NCBI RefSeq assembly: GCF_035554825.1
Contig: NZ_DATMHS010000103.1
Coordinates: 8,377-72,376, forward strand
Direction: 5' to 3'
Length of the DNA stretch: 64,000 bases
Origin: Ramlibacter sp.
Lineage (GTDB): Bacteria; Pseudomonadota; Gammaproteobacteria; Burkholderiales; Burkholderiaceae_C
Shown here: positions 8,105 to 17,468 of the stretch, piece after piece
Layout: every line of letters starts with the position of its first letter
Position numbering within the stretch: the stretch's first letter is position 1
Translations under genes and position numbers: made by a program
The notes under the pieces: generated by a model
The model's input: the letters and a program-made list of their open reading frames with translations, nothing else
Told to the model about the DNA's origin: nothing
Databases searched by the model: none

Positions 8105-9839
8105 GGGGGAAGTAGTCCTGCACGCAGCGCACCGGATTGGGCGCCGCCTGGCCGAGGCCGCAGATCGACGCGTCGGCCATCACCTGGTTCAGGTCCGTCA
8201 GCGTACCGTTGTCCCACTGCGGCGCTTCCATCAGCAGCGCCGCCTTCGACGTGCCGACCCGGCACGGGGTGCATTGGCCGCAGCTCTCGTGCGCGAAGAA
8301 CCGCATCATGTTGAGCGCGGCGTCGCGCGCGCGGTCGTGCTGGCCCAGCACGATGATGGCGGCCGAGCCGATGAAGCAGCCGTGCGGCTGCAGCGTGTCG
8401 AAGTCGAGCGGCAGGTCGGCCAGCCGGGCCGGCAGGATGCCGCCCGACGCGCCGCCCGGCAGGTAGCCGTAGAGCTGGTGGCCGGGCGCCATGCCGCCGC
8501 AGTATTCGTCGATCAGCTGGCGCAGCGTGATCCCGGCCGGGGCGAGCTTGACGCCCGGCTGGGCGACGCGGCCGCTGACGCTGAAGGAGCGCAGGCCCTG
8601 CCGCCCGTTGCGTCCGGCGCCGGCGAACCACTCGGGGCCCCGCTCCAGGATGTCGCGCACCCAGAACAGCGTCTCGAAGTTGTGTTCCAGCGTCGGCCGG
8701 CCGAACAGGCCGACCTGGGCGACGTACGGCGGGCGCAGCCGCGGCTCGCCGCGCTTGCCTTCGATGCTCTCGATCATCGCGGACTCCTCGCCGCAGATGT
8801 AGGCGCCGGCGCCGCGCCGCAGCTCGATGCGCGGCAGCGGACACGGCGGGTCGGCCTGCAGCGCCGCGAGTTCCGCCTCGAGCAGCGCCCGGCAGGCGTG
8901 GTACTCGTCGCGCAGGTAGATGAACACCGCCTCGGTGCCGGCCACCTGCGCCGCGATCAGCATTCCCTCCAGGAACCGGTGCGGGTCGCGCTCCAGGTAG
9001 AAGCGGTCCTTGAAGGTGCCGGGCTCGCCTTCGTCGATGTTGACGGCCAGGTAGCGCGGCGCGGGCTGCTCGCCCACGATCCGCCACTTGCGCCCGGCCG
9101 GGAAGCCGGCGCCGCCCAGGCCCCGCAGCCCGGAGGCTTCCATCGCGCGCAGCACCCGGTCGGCATCGTCCTCGCAGTTGACGACGGCGGCGGCCGTCGC
9201 ATAGCCGCCCTGCTCGCGGTACGCCCGGTAGCCGACGAAGCCGGACGGCATCGCCGCGCGACCGCGTTCGCCAGCCGGCCGCTGCTGCTCGCCGGCGACC
9301 GCCTGCGCCAGCAGCTCGGGGGTCGCCTGGCCCACGGCGACCTGCCCGACGAGCGCCGCCGGCGCCTGCTCGCAGCGGCCGATGCACGGCGCGGCGATCA
9401 CGCGCACCGCACGGCCGACGATCTGCGGCAGCCGCTCCAGCAGCGCGCGCGCGCCGGCCAGCTCGCAGGACAGGCCGTCGCACACCCGCACCGTGAGCTC
9501 GGCGCCGGGTCGGTCGTCCGGCAACAGGTCGAAGTGGTGGTAGAAGCTCGCCACCTCCATCACCTCGGCCATCGGAATGTTCATCTCGCGCGCCAGCGCC
9601 ACCAGGTGCCGCTCGTGCAGCCCGTGCCAGCGGTCGTTGACGCGGTGGAGGTACTCGATCAGCAGGTCGCGCCGGTGGCCGCCGGCGGGCACCGGGCCGA
9701 TGAGGCTTCGCACTTCGGCCAGCGCGCCTTCCTGCGGCTGGCGGCCCTTGAGCTTGGCGGCGCGGCGCAGGCTGCGGCGCAACGCCTCGGCCGTCCCGAG
9801 CACGGTGGCGGGAGCATTCCCCATGAGTTCTCGATCCAA
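8094..9839 (-). CDS. Formate dehydrogenase beta subunit, fused NuoE-like (2Fe-2S) and NuoF-like (FMN/NAD/4Fe-4S) domains
   Basis: 581-aa ORF. NuoE-like part: VRVCDGLSCELAG..APCIGRCEQAP. NuoF-like part: GLRGLGGAGFPAGRKW, NIDEGEPGTFKDR, ESCGQCTPCR. The start could instead be the ATG at 9824. Confidence 0.9.
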   Translation of the reverse strand: MDRELMGNAPATVLGTAEALRRSLRRAAKLKGRQPQEGALAEVRSLIGPVPAGGHRRDLLIEYLHRVNDRWHGLHERHLVALAREMNIPMAEVMEVASFYHHFDLLPDDRPGAELTVRVCDGLSCELAGARALLERLPQIVGRAVRVIAAPCIGRCEQAPAALVGQVAVGQATPELLAQAVAGEQQRPAGERGRAAMPSGFVGYRAYREQGGYATAAAVVNCEDDADRVLRAMEASGLRGLGGAGFPAGRKWRIVGEQPAPRYLAVNIDEGEPGTFKDRFYLERDPHRFLEGMLIAAQVAGTEAVFIYLRDEYHACRALLEAELAALQADPPCPLPRIELRRGAGAYICGEESAMIESIEGKRGEPRLRPPYVAQVGLFGRPTLEHNFETLFWVRDILERGPEWFAGAGRNGRQGLRSFSVSGRVAQPGVKLAPAGITLRQLIDEYCGGMAPGHQLYGYLPGGASGGILPARLADLPLDFDTLQPHGCFIGSAAIIVLGQHDRARDAALNMMRFFAHESCGQCTPCRVGTSKAALLMEAPQWDNGTLTDLNQVMADASICGLGQAAPNPVRCVQDYFPHEI

Positions 9840-9878
9840 AAAAACGTAACAGCTGCGCGGTCGAGCGCGACCGCGCAG
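9835..9878 (-). terminator. Rho-independent terminator after the DASS transporter gene
   Basis: Perfect 11-bp stem ctgcgcggtcg / cgaccgcgcag with a 4-nt loop (9853-9878). On the minus strand it is followed by ctgttacgTTTTTTT. Confidence 0.7.
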
Positions 9879-9911
9879 AGCGCGCTGCTGTCCCGTTCGT
9901 TCACGACCTCG

Positions 9912-11383
9912 CTACAGGTATCCGAGCATATTCCACCACACCGCGCCGACCGCGACCAGGATCGCCAGATTGACGACGCTCATGACGGCGCCGGCGGCCC
10001 ACCACTCGTTGAGCGTGGCATAGCCGGAACCGAAGATGATCGGCGCGGTGCCGGTGCCGTAATGGGTCAGCGACATCATCAGCGACGAGGCGAACGCCAG
10101 GACCAGCGCGAACAGCATCGGCGGCGCGCCGAGCGCCACGCCGGCGGCGAAGAACGCCCCGAACATCGCGGTGATGTGGGCGGTGGTGCTGGCGAAGAAA
10201 TAGTGCGCGTAGAAATAGATCAGCACCAGGATCGCCGTCGCGCTGATCCAGCCCAGCCCGAGCTGGCCGATGCCCTGCCGGATGGTGGTCGACACCCAGC
10301 CGACCAGGCCCAGCTTGCCCAGGAAGGTGGCCATCATCACCAGGGCGGCGAACCAGACCAGCGTGTCCCAGGCGCTTTTCGCCTTCAGGATGTCGTCCCA
10401 GTCGAGCACGCCGGTGACCAGCAGCAGCGACAGGCCGATGAAGGCGGCGGTGGTGGCGTTGATCTCGAAGGCGGGGCCCAACAGCAGCGCGGGCACCTCG
10501 CCCACAGCAGCAGCATCAGCCCCAGGACGCCCAGCGTGATGTATTCGGAAGCCTTCACGGGCCCCAGCCGGGCCAGTTCGTTCTGGGCCAGTTCCTTGGC
10601 GTTGGGCGTGTTCTTGATCTCGGGCGGGAACAGCAAGTACAGCACCAGCGGCATCACCAGCAGCATGCACAGGGCCGGCAGCAGCGCCGCCAGCGCCCAC
10701 TGGCCCCACGTGATCCTGATGGCGGAGTTGGTGGCCTTGGCGACCAGGTCGACGATCAGCGGGTTGGGCGCGGTGGCCGTGATGAACATGGCCGACGTGA
10801 TCGGGTTGGTGTTGTAGTTGACCAGCGCCAGGTAGCGCCCGATCTTGCGGGCGGTCCCGAGTTCGGCGCTGGAGCCGAAGGCGTCGGCCACCGAGCGCAT
10901 GATCGGGTGGATGATGGCCCCGCCGCGGGCCGTGTTGCTCGGCGTCACCGGCGCGATCGCCACTTCCGACAGCACCAGGCCGTAGGCCACGCCGATCGTC
11001 TTGCGTCCGAACAGCGAGATGAAGTAGTAGCCGATGCGGGTGCCCAGCCCGGTCTTGCTCAGGGCGGCCGAGATCATCACCGCGATGGCGATCAGCCAGA
11101 TCAGCGCGTTGGAAAAGCCGCTCAGCGCATCGGCGATCGCGCCCTCGGGATTGTGCGGGCGCGTGACGCCGGTGAGCGCCACCAGCGAGATCGCGACGAT
11201 CGACAGGGCGCCGATCGGCATGGCCTTGCCGATGATCGCGGCGATGGTGCCGATGAACAGGGCCAGCAGATGCCAGGCCTCGGGACTGACCTTGGCGGGC
11301 ACCGGGATGACGAACCAGAACAGGAGGGCGATGCCGATGGCGATCGCGCTGGGAAGGGGCTTGGGGAGAGACTGCTTGAGCAT
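9912..11383 (-). pseudogene. DASS-family (divalent anion:Na+ symporter / 2-oxoglutarate-malate translocator-like) anion permease, interrupted by a single-base frameshift
   Basis: The N-terminal 294 codons read well in ORF 10385..11383 up to ...YITLGVLGLMLLLW. The C-terminal part reads well in ORF 9912..10709 from GEVPALLLGPAFEINATTAAFIGLSLLLVTGVLDWDDI... to the stop. The two frames meet at the C-run 10501-10503; one extra C (G in the sense strand) would give LLLWGEVPALLL. Confidence 0.8.
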
Positions 11384-11627
11384 GGCGTTCGACGCCTGCC
11401 GCCGGGCCGCGGTGCGGCCGTGACGGCGGCAGGCTTTGCAGGCTGCTGGAGCAATAGCTCCATAACCATGCAGTGATTTTACGAACGCCTCAGCGATGCA
11501 ACGAGTGCCGGGCCGGCCGACTTGCGCATCGTTTGACCTTCCTCATCTCGCCGGCGCAGGCGGCGCGCGCAAGCCGGCGCGCCCGGACGCAACCGTGCCC
11601 GCGCACGCCCCGGGCGCCGCGCCGGAT

Positions 11628-12719
11628 TCAGGTGCCCTTGGAGACCGTGATGGTGGGGAACTTGGAAGAGAAATCCTTGGCCTTGGCCGCGATCTTGATC
11701 GCCACCTGGCGTGCCACGGCCTTGTAGATCGCCGCCACCTCGCCGTCGGGCTCGGCCACCACGGTCGGCTTGCCGCTGTCGGCCTGCAGCCGGATCCTGA
11801 TGTCCAGCGGCAGCGCGCCCAGATAGTCCATGCCGTACTCGGCCGCCATCCGCTGGCCGCCGCCCTCGCCGAAGATGTGTTCGGCGTGGCCGCACTGGCT
11901 GCACACGTGCACCGCCATGTTCTCGACGATGCCCAGGATCGGCACGCCGACCTTCTCGAACATCTTGATGCCCTTCTTGGCGTCGAGCAGCGCGATGTCC
12001 TGCGGCGTCGTCACGATCACCGCGCCGGTCATCGGCACCCGCTGGGACAGCGTGAGCTGGATGTCGCCGGTGCCTGGCGGCATGTCGACGACGAGGTAAT
12101 CGAGGTCCTGCCAGTTGGTCTGGCGCAGCAGCTGCTCCAGGGCCTGGGTGGCCATCGGGCCGCGCCAGATCATCGCGTCGTCCGGGGCGACCAGAAAGCC
12201 GATCGACATCACCTGCACGCCGTAGTTCTCCAGCGGCTCCATGGTCTTGCCGTCGGCCGACTCCGGCCGCTGGTCGATCCCCATCATCATCGGCTGGCTG
12301 GGGCCGTAGATGTCGGCGTCCAGGATGCCCACGCGGGCGCCCTCGGCGGCCAGCGCCAGCGCCAGGTTCACCGCCATCGTGCTCTTGCCGACGCCGCCCT
12401 TGCCGGAGGCGACGGCGACGATGTTCTTGACGCCCGGCAGCAGTTGCACGCCGCGCTGGGCGGCGTGGGCCACGATCTTGCTGCCCAGGGTGGCCGAGAC
12501 GTTCCTGACGCCCGGCACGGCCTTGGCCGCATTCACCAGCGCCGTGCGCAGCGCCGGGATCTGGCTCTTGGCCGGATAGCCCAGCTCCACCTCGAACGAA
12601 ACGTCGCCCTCGTGCACCTGCAGGTTGCGCAGCGCCTTGGTGCTGACGAAATCCTTGCCGGTGTTGGGATCGATCACGGCCGAAAGGGCCTGGAGCAGCT
12701 GGTCTTGGGATGCGGACAT
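11628..12719 (-). CDS. apbC: Fe-S cluster carrier ATPase ApbC/Mrp
   Basis: Internal ATG 12717-12719 ([25 protein letters not shown]). P-loop [12 protein letters not shown]. CxxC motif (CSQCGH). Confidence 0.9.
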   Translation of the reverse strand: MSASQDQLLQALSAVIDPNTGKDFVSTKALRNLQVHEGDVSFEVELGYPAKSQIPALRTALVNAAKAVPGVRNVSATLGSKIVAHAAQRGVQLLPGVKNIVAVASGKGGVGKSTMAVNLALALAAEGARVGILDADIYGPSQPMMMGIDQRPESADGKTMEPLENYGVQVMSIGFLVAPDDAMIWRGPMATQALEQLLRQTNWQDLDYLVVDMPPGTGDIQLTLSQRVPMTGAVIVTTPQDIALLDAKKGIKMFEKVGVPILGIVENMAVHVCSQCGHAEHIFGEGGGQRMAAEYGMDYLGALPLDIRIRLQADSGKPTVVAEPDGEVAAIYKAVARQVAIKIAAKAKDFSSKFPTITVSKGT

Positions 12720-12857
12720 GGGTGGGGATTCCTCTGCGGCAAGTGTACCGACTCGATCCTGCTCCCCTCGCGATGTCCCCGCCGCGCGCAGGGCAGCCGC
12801 GGCCTGCGGCCGGCGCAAAGCGGTCGCCTAGAATTCCTGGTTCCCTGGAAGCCCACC

Positions 12858-14942
12858 ATGCCCGCACAGCGCAAGCTCTTCGTCACCACCGCCCTGCCGT
12901 ACGCCAACGGCAAGTTCCACATCGGCCACATCATGGAATACATCCAGGCCGACATCTGGGTGCGGCACCAGCGGATGCACGGGCACATGGTTCATTTCGT
13001 CGGCGCCGACGACGCCCATGGGGCGCCGATCATGATCGCCGCCGAAAAGGCCGGCAAGACACCGCAGGCCTTCGTCGCCGACATCGCCGCCGGCCGCCGC
13101 CAGTACCTGGACGGCTTCCACATCCAGTTCGACAACTGGCACTCCACCGACAGCGCCGAGAACACCGAGCTGGCGCAAGGCATCTACCGCACGCTGCGCG
13201 CCAACGGCCTGATCGCGACGCGCACCATCGAGCAGTTCTACGATCCGGTCAAGGGCATGTTCCTGCCGGACCGCTACATCAAGGGCGAGTGCCCCACCTG
13301 CCACGCGAAGGACCAGTACGGCGACTCGTGCGAGGTGTGCAGCAGCGTCTACGCGCCGACCGACCTGATCGAGCCCTACTCCACGCTGAGCGGCGCCCGG
13401 CCCGAGCTGCGCAGCTCCGAGCATTTCTTCTTCAAGCTCTCGGACCCGAAGGTGGTCGCCTTCCTCCAGGCCTGGACCCAGGACGGCAAGCTGCAGCCCG
13501 AAGTCGCCAAGAAGGCCAGCGAGTGGTTCGAGGCCGGCATGGCCGACTGGGACATCAGCCGCGACGCACCCTACTTCGGCATCGAGATCCCGGATGCGCC
13601 GGGCAAGTACTTCTACGTGTGGCTGGACGCGCCGATCGGCTACCTGGCCAGCCTGAAAAACCACTTCGACCAGGGCCAGGCCCAGAACCACTGGGACCCG
13701 GCCTCGCGCACCGACGCCTCGTTCGACGACTTCGTGGCCGACCCGGCGGTGGAGCAGGTGCACTTCATCGGCAAGGACATCGTGTACTTCCACACCCTGT
13801 TCTGGCCGGCGATGCTGCAGTTCTCGGGCCGCAAGACGCCCGACCAGATCAACGTGCACGGCTTCATCACCGTCAGTGGCGAGAAGATGAGCAAGAGCCG
13901 CGGCACCGGCATCGACCCGCTGAAGTACCTCTCGCTCGGCATGAACCCCGAGTGGCTGCGCTACTACATCGCCGCCAAGCTCAACAGCAAGGTCGAGGAC
14001 GTCGACTTCAACCCGGACGATTTCGTCGCCCGCGTCAACGCCGACCTGGTGGGCAAGTACGTCAACATCGCCAGCCGGGCGGCGAAGTTCGTGCCCGGCG
14101 GCAAGCTGGTCAAGAGCGATGTGGCCCGGCTCGCCCCGGCGCGCCGCGTCGAGGAGATCGGCAAGCTCTACGAAGCGCGCGAGTACGGCAAGGCGCTGCG
14201 CGAGATCATGGCCTTCGCCGACGAGATCAACCTGCGCTTCGACGGCGCCGCGCCCTGGAAGCTGGTGAAGGAAGGCCGCGGCGCCGAGGCGGCGCAGGTG
14301 TGCTCCGAATGCCTGGAGCTGTTCAAGGTGCTCACGGCCTGCCTCAAGCCCGTGCTGCCCGAACTCGCGCTGCACGCCGAAGCCTTCCTGCAGTGCCAGC
14401 CGCTGACCTGGGCCAACGCCGCCCTGCCCCTGGGCGAGGGCCACCAGATCGGCGAGTACAAGCACCTGATGCAGCGGGTCGACCCCAAGCAGATCGACGC
14501 CTTGTTCGAACCGCCCGCCGAAGCGGCCGCAGCGGCGCCGGAGGCGCCGGCCGCGCCCGCCACCGGCGGCCGCAGCGACCCGGGCGGCGAAGGGCTGGCC
14601 GCCACCATCAACATCGACGAGTTCGCCAAGGTGGACCTGCGGATCGCGAAGATCCTGCGCTGCGCACCGGTGGAGGGTTCGACCAAGTTGCTGCAGCTGG
14701 AGCTCGACATCGGCGAGACCTCGCCGCGCAACGTGTTCGCGGGAATCGCCTCGGCCTACGAGCCCCAGGAGCTGGTCGGCAAGTTCACGGTGATGGTCGC
14801 CAACCTGGCGCCGCGCAAGATGAAGTTCGGCATCAGCGAAGGGATGGTGCTGGCCGCCAGCCACGCCGACCAGAAAGCCAACCCCGGCATCTTCATCCTG
14901 CAGCCCTGGCCCGGCGCCAAGCCTGGCATGCGGGTGCGCTGA
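12858..14942 (+). CDS. metG: Methionine--tRNA ligase
   Basis: ATG 12858. Product begins [28 protein letters not shown] (HIGH motif). Also has KMSKSRG (KMSKS), a Zn knuckle [17 protein letters not shown], and a C-terminal tRNA-binding domain. Confidence 0.95.
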   Translation: MPAQRKLFVTTALPYANGKFHIGHIMEYIQADIWVRHQRMHGHMVHFVGADDAHGAPIMIAAEKAGKTPQAFVADIAAGRRQYLDGFHIQFDNWHSTDSAENTELAQGIYRTLRANGLIATRTIEQFYDPVKGMFLPDRYIKGECPTCHAKDQYGDSCEVCSSVYAPTDLIEPYSTLSGARPELRSSEHFFFKLSDPKVVAFLQAWTQDGKLQPEVAKKASEWFEAGMADWDISRDAPYFGIEIPDAPGKYFYVWLDAPIGYLASLKNHFDQGQAQNHWDPASRTDASFDDFVADPAVEQVHFIGKDIVYFHTLFWPAMLQFSGRKTPDQINVHGFITVSGEKMSKSRGTGIDPLKYLSLGMNPEWLRYYIAAKLNSKVEDVDFNPDDFVARVNADLVGKYVNIASRAAKFVPGGKLVKSDVARLAPARRVEEIGKLYEAREYGKALREIMAFADEINLRFDGAAPWKLVKEGRGAEAAQVCSECLELFKVLTACLKPVLPELALHAEAFLQCQPLTWANAALPLGEGHQIGEYKHLMQRVDPKQIDALFEPPAEAAAAAPEAPAAPATGGRSDPGGEGLAATINIDEFAKVDLRIAKILRCAPVEGSTKLLQLELDIGETSPRNVFAGIASAYEPQELVGKFTVMVANLAPRKMKFGISEGMVLAASHADQKANPGIFILQPWPGAKPGMRVR

Positions 14943-14952
14943 AGCAACCGCG

Positions 14953-15078
14953 GCCGCGCTGCTCCGAGCTGGTTGGCACCGGGTTCGGTGCTCCGGCATG
15001 GTTGGAGCAGCCCCTTCGGCGCTCCGGCGCGGTCGCTGCACCGGCATTCGGCGCTCCAGCATGGTCGGCGCCGGCCGC
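14953..15078. repeat. Tandem array of about 31-32-nt imperfect repeats (3 clear copies plus 1 degenerate) in the metG 3-prime region
   Basis: Cores are ttcggtgctccggcatggttg (14984), ttcggcgctccggcgcggtcg (15015) and ttcggcgctccagcatggtcg (15047). Each pair shares 18/21 positions. A weaker copy, ..gctccgagctggttgg.., starts near 14955. Confidence 0.7.
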
Positions 15079-15094
15079 TGCCAACCAAGCCTGA

Positions 15095-15118
15095 GCGCAG
15101 GCATCCGGCCTGCGCTTT
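15095..15118 (+). terminator. Rho-independent terminator of metG
   Basis: Stem gcgcaggc / gcctgcgc (8 bp) with loop atccg, then TTT. Confidence 0.65.
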
Positions 15119-15160
15119 ACATGCGCTCCCTAGAATGGCCGATCTTCAGAAGGCCGCCCG

Positions 15161-15391
15161 ATGTCCCGCAGTACCGCTTCTCCCCTTCGTTTCGTTCGTC
15201 GCTGCGTCGCGCTGGCCGCGATCGCCGCCGGCAGCGCGTTGCTTGGCGGCTGCGCGGTGGTCACCGTCGCCGGTGCGGCGGTCGGCGTGGCGGCGACCGG
15301 GGTGGGGCTGGCCGTGGATGCCGGCGTCGGCGCGGTGAAGCTCACCGGCAAGGCGGTGGGCGCGGTGCTGCCCTCGGGCGACGAGCAGTAA
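15161..15391 (+). CDS. Small Gly/Ala/Val-rich lipoprotein (hypothetical)
   Basis: 76-aa ORF with a signal peptide and lipobox (AAGSALLGGC). The mature part is glycine-zipper-like (VAGAAVGVAATGVGLAVDAGVGAV). Confidence 0.5.
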   Translation: MSRSTASPLRFVRRCVALAAIAAGSALLGGCAVVTVAGAAVGVAATGVGLAVDAGVGAVKLTGKAVGAVLPSGDEQ

Positions 15392-15394
15392 CTC

Positions 15395-15913
15395 CTACTT
15401 GCGCCGGCGCACGGCGGCGAGGATGCCGCGCATGATTTCCAGCGGTGGCGGCGGGCATCCCGGCACGGTGAAGTCGACCGGCAGCACCTTGGCGACGCCG
15501 CCGCGCGTCGCATAGCTCTCGCCGAAGATGCCGCCGCAGGCGCCGCAATCGCCGACGGCGACCACCAGGCGCGGCTCGGGCATCGCGTCGTAGGTGCGCA
15601 GCAGGGCCTCTTCCATGTTGCGCGTCACCGGCCCGGTCACCAGCAACAGGTCGGCGTGGCGCGGACTGGCCACGAATTTGATGCCCAGCCCTTCCAGGTT
15701 GTAGTAGGGGTTGTTCAGCGCGTGGATCTCCAGCTCGCAGCCGTTGCAGGACCCCGCATCGACCGCGCGGATGGCCAGCGCCTGGCCCAGGATGTCCAGC
15801 AGTTGCTGCTGGATGCCGGCGACGGCGGCCGCCGCATCGGCCTGCGCAGGGGCGAACGGCGGCGCCTCGGTCGGCATGCCGGCGCGCCCGATCTGGCGGA
15901 CGATCTTCCACAT
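15395..15913 (-). CDS. NuoB/HyfI/HycG-like small subunit of an Ehr-type (hydrogenase-4-like) complex
   Basis: 172 aa. Motifs: DAGSCNGCELE, SPRHADLLLVTGPVT, GDCGACGG, VPGCPP. The Cys set for the proximal 4Fe-4S cluster is retained. Confidence 0.9.
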   Translation of the reverse strand: MWKIVRQIGRAGMPTEAPPFAPAQADAAAAVAGIQQQLLDILGQALAIRAVDAGSCNGCELEIHALNNPYYNLEGLGIKFVASPRHADLLLVTGPVTRNMEEALLRTYDAMPEPRLVVAVGDCGACGGIFGESYATRGGVAKVLPVDFTVPGCPPPPLEIMRGILAAVRRRK

Positions 15914-17464
15914 CTAGAGGTCCACTCCCGAATAAACCAGGTTGAACGACTTGTTGATCAGCGGGAAGTCGGGAACGATGTTGCCGATCACCGCGTGTTC
16001 GAGCGCCGGCCAGTTCTGCCACGACGGATCGTGGCAGTGGCAGCGCCGGATGCTGCCGTCCGCGCCGAGCTCCAGCGCCACCAGCACTTCGCCCCGCCAG
16101 CCTTCCACCCAGCCGACGCCGACCCCGGCCTGCGCCGGCGCAGCGATCGCGGCGCGCACTTCGCCGGCGGGCATCCGGCCGCAGATCTCGCGGATCAGCC
16201 GCAGCGACTCGAAGGTCTCGAAGAAGCGCACCGCCACGCGCGCGCGCACGTCGCCGGTCTGCTCGCCGGCGGCCGCCACTTGCAGTTCCTGGTACGGCAC
16301 CCAGGGGTGCTCACAGCGCAGGTCGGTGGTGCGGCCACTGGCGCGGGCGGCCAGGCCGGTCAGGCCCAGCCGGGCGGCCAGCGCCGGCGTGACGACGCCG
16401 GTGGTGGTGAAGCGGTCCTGCAGCCCTGCATGGGATTCGTAGATGGCGGCCAGCGAGCGCACTTCGGCCTCGATCTGCGTGCATTGCCGCAGCAGGCGCT
16501 GGCGCATGGCGTCGTCGAGGGCGACCGCGACGCCGCCGGGCACCACGCAGTCCATCGTCAGCCGGTGGCCGAACGCCGCCTGCGACAGCCGCAGCCAGTC
16601 CTCGCGCAGGCGCGAGAACTGCGCCAGGCCGAAGGCGAGCGCCGCATCGTTGCCGAGCGCGCCGAGATCGCCCAGATGATTCGCCACCCGTTCGCGCTCG
16701 AGCAGCAAGGCGCGCAGCCACAGCGCCGCTGGCGGCACCTGCACGCCCAGTGCGCTCTCGAGCGCCATGCAGTAGGCCCAGGCGAAAGCGACCGTCGAGT
16801 CGCCCGACACGCGCCCGGCGAGCCGGTGCGCCTCCAGCGGCGCCATGCGCGTGAAGCGCTGCTCGACGCCCTTGTGGGTGTAGCCCAGGCGCTGCTCCAG
16901 CCGCAGCACCTTCTCGCCGACCACCGAGAACCGGAAGTGGCCCGGCTCGATGATGCCGGCATGCACCGGCCCGACGGCGATCTCGTGCACGCCGTCGCCT
17001 GCCACCCGCACGAAAGGATAGTCCTGCAACGGGGTCTGCGGCACGCCCGCCGGCGCGGCACCCCGGCGCAGCGGCCGGTAGCCGTCGGGCCAGCCCCCGT
17101 GCGCGAGCCAGGGCCGGCTGTCCTCGGCGCCTTCGGCCACCACGCCGACCATATCGGCGGCGGCGCGCTGCATGCGGGCGGCGAAGGGAAACAGCCGCGA
17201 CAGGTCGGGATAGGAGCTCTGGCCCGGTTCCAGCTGCAGGTCGAGCCAGTACAGGCCCTGCTGCACGGCATAGGCGGCGGACAGGGCCAGGCGCGGTTGC
17301 GCCCCCTCGCCCCGGTCGCCGGCCCACAGCGCGACCAGCCGGCCGCCGCCGGCCGCCACGGTGCGCGCGCCGGCCAGCCACTGCAGCGCGTCGACGCTGG
17401 CGCGCCATATCGGCAGCGGCCCGGGCAGCCGCTGGAGCGCGAGGTTGAGGCCGGACAGTGCCAT
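15914..17464 (-). CDS. Fused NuoC-NuoD / HyfG-HycE-like large subunit lacking the Ni-Fe cysteine ligands (Ehr-type)
   Basis: 516 aa. Has GPVHAGIIEPGHFRF and RLGYTHKGVEQ. The L1 position reads RVSGDSTVAF and the C-terminus reads NLVYSGVDL, with no Cys at either site. Confidence 0.9.
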   Translation of the reverse strand: MALSGLNLALQRLPGPLPIWRASVDALQWLAGARTVAAGGGRLVALWAGDRGEGAQPRLALSAAYAVQQGLYWLDLQLEPGQSSYPDLSRLFPFAARMQRAAADMVGVVAEGAEDSRPWLAHGGWPDGYRPLRRGAAPAGVPQTPLQDYPFVRVAGDGVHEIAVGPVHAGIIEPGHFRFSVVGEKVLRLEQRLGYTHKGVEQRFTRMAPLEAHRLAGRVSGDSTVAFAWAYCMALESALGVQVPPAALWLRALLLERERVANHLGDLGALGNDAALAFGLAQFSRLREDWLRLSQAAFGHRLTMDCVVPGGVAVALDDAMRQRLLRQCTQIEAEVRSLAAIYESHAGLQDRFTTTGVVTPALAARLGLTGLAARASGRTTDLRCEHPWVPYQELQVAAAGEQTGDVRARVAVRFFETFESLRLIREICGRMPAGEVRAAIAAPAQAGVGVGWVEGWRGEVLVALELGADGSIRRCHCHDPSWQNWPALEHAVIGNIVPDFPLINKSFNLVYSGVDL

Positions 17465-17468
17465 CGCT

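Noticed and set aside
5552-10817. Long plus-strand ORFs (5552..8314 at 920 aa, 8031..10817 at 928 aa) antisense to fdsA, the beta subunit and the DASS permease.
   Set aside because: Same artefact. They have biased R/A/G/P/H composition, and the opposite strand carries unmistakable Fe-S, FMN and MopB motifs.
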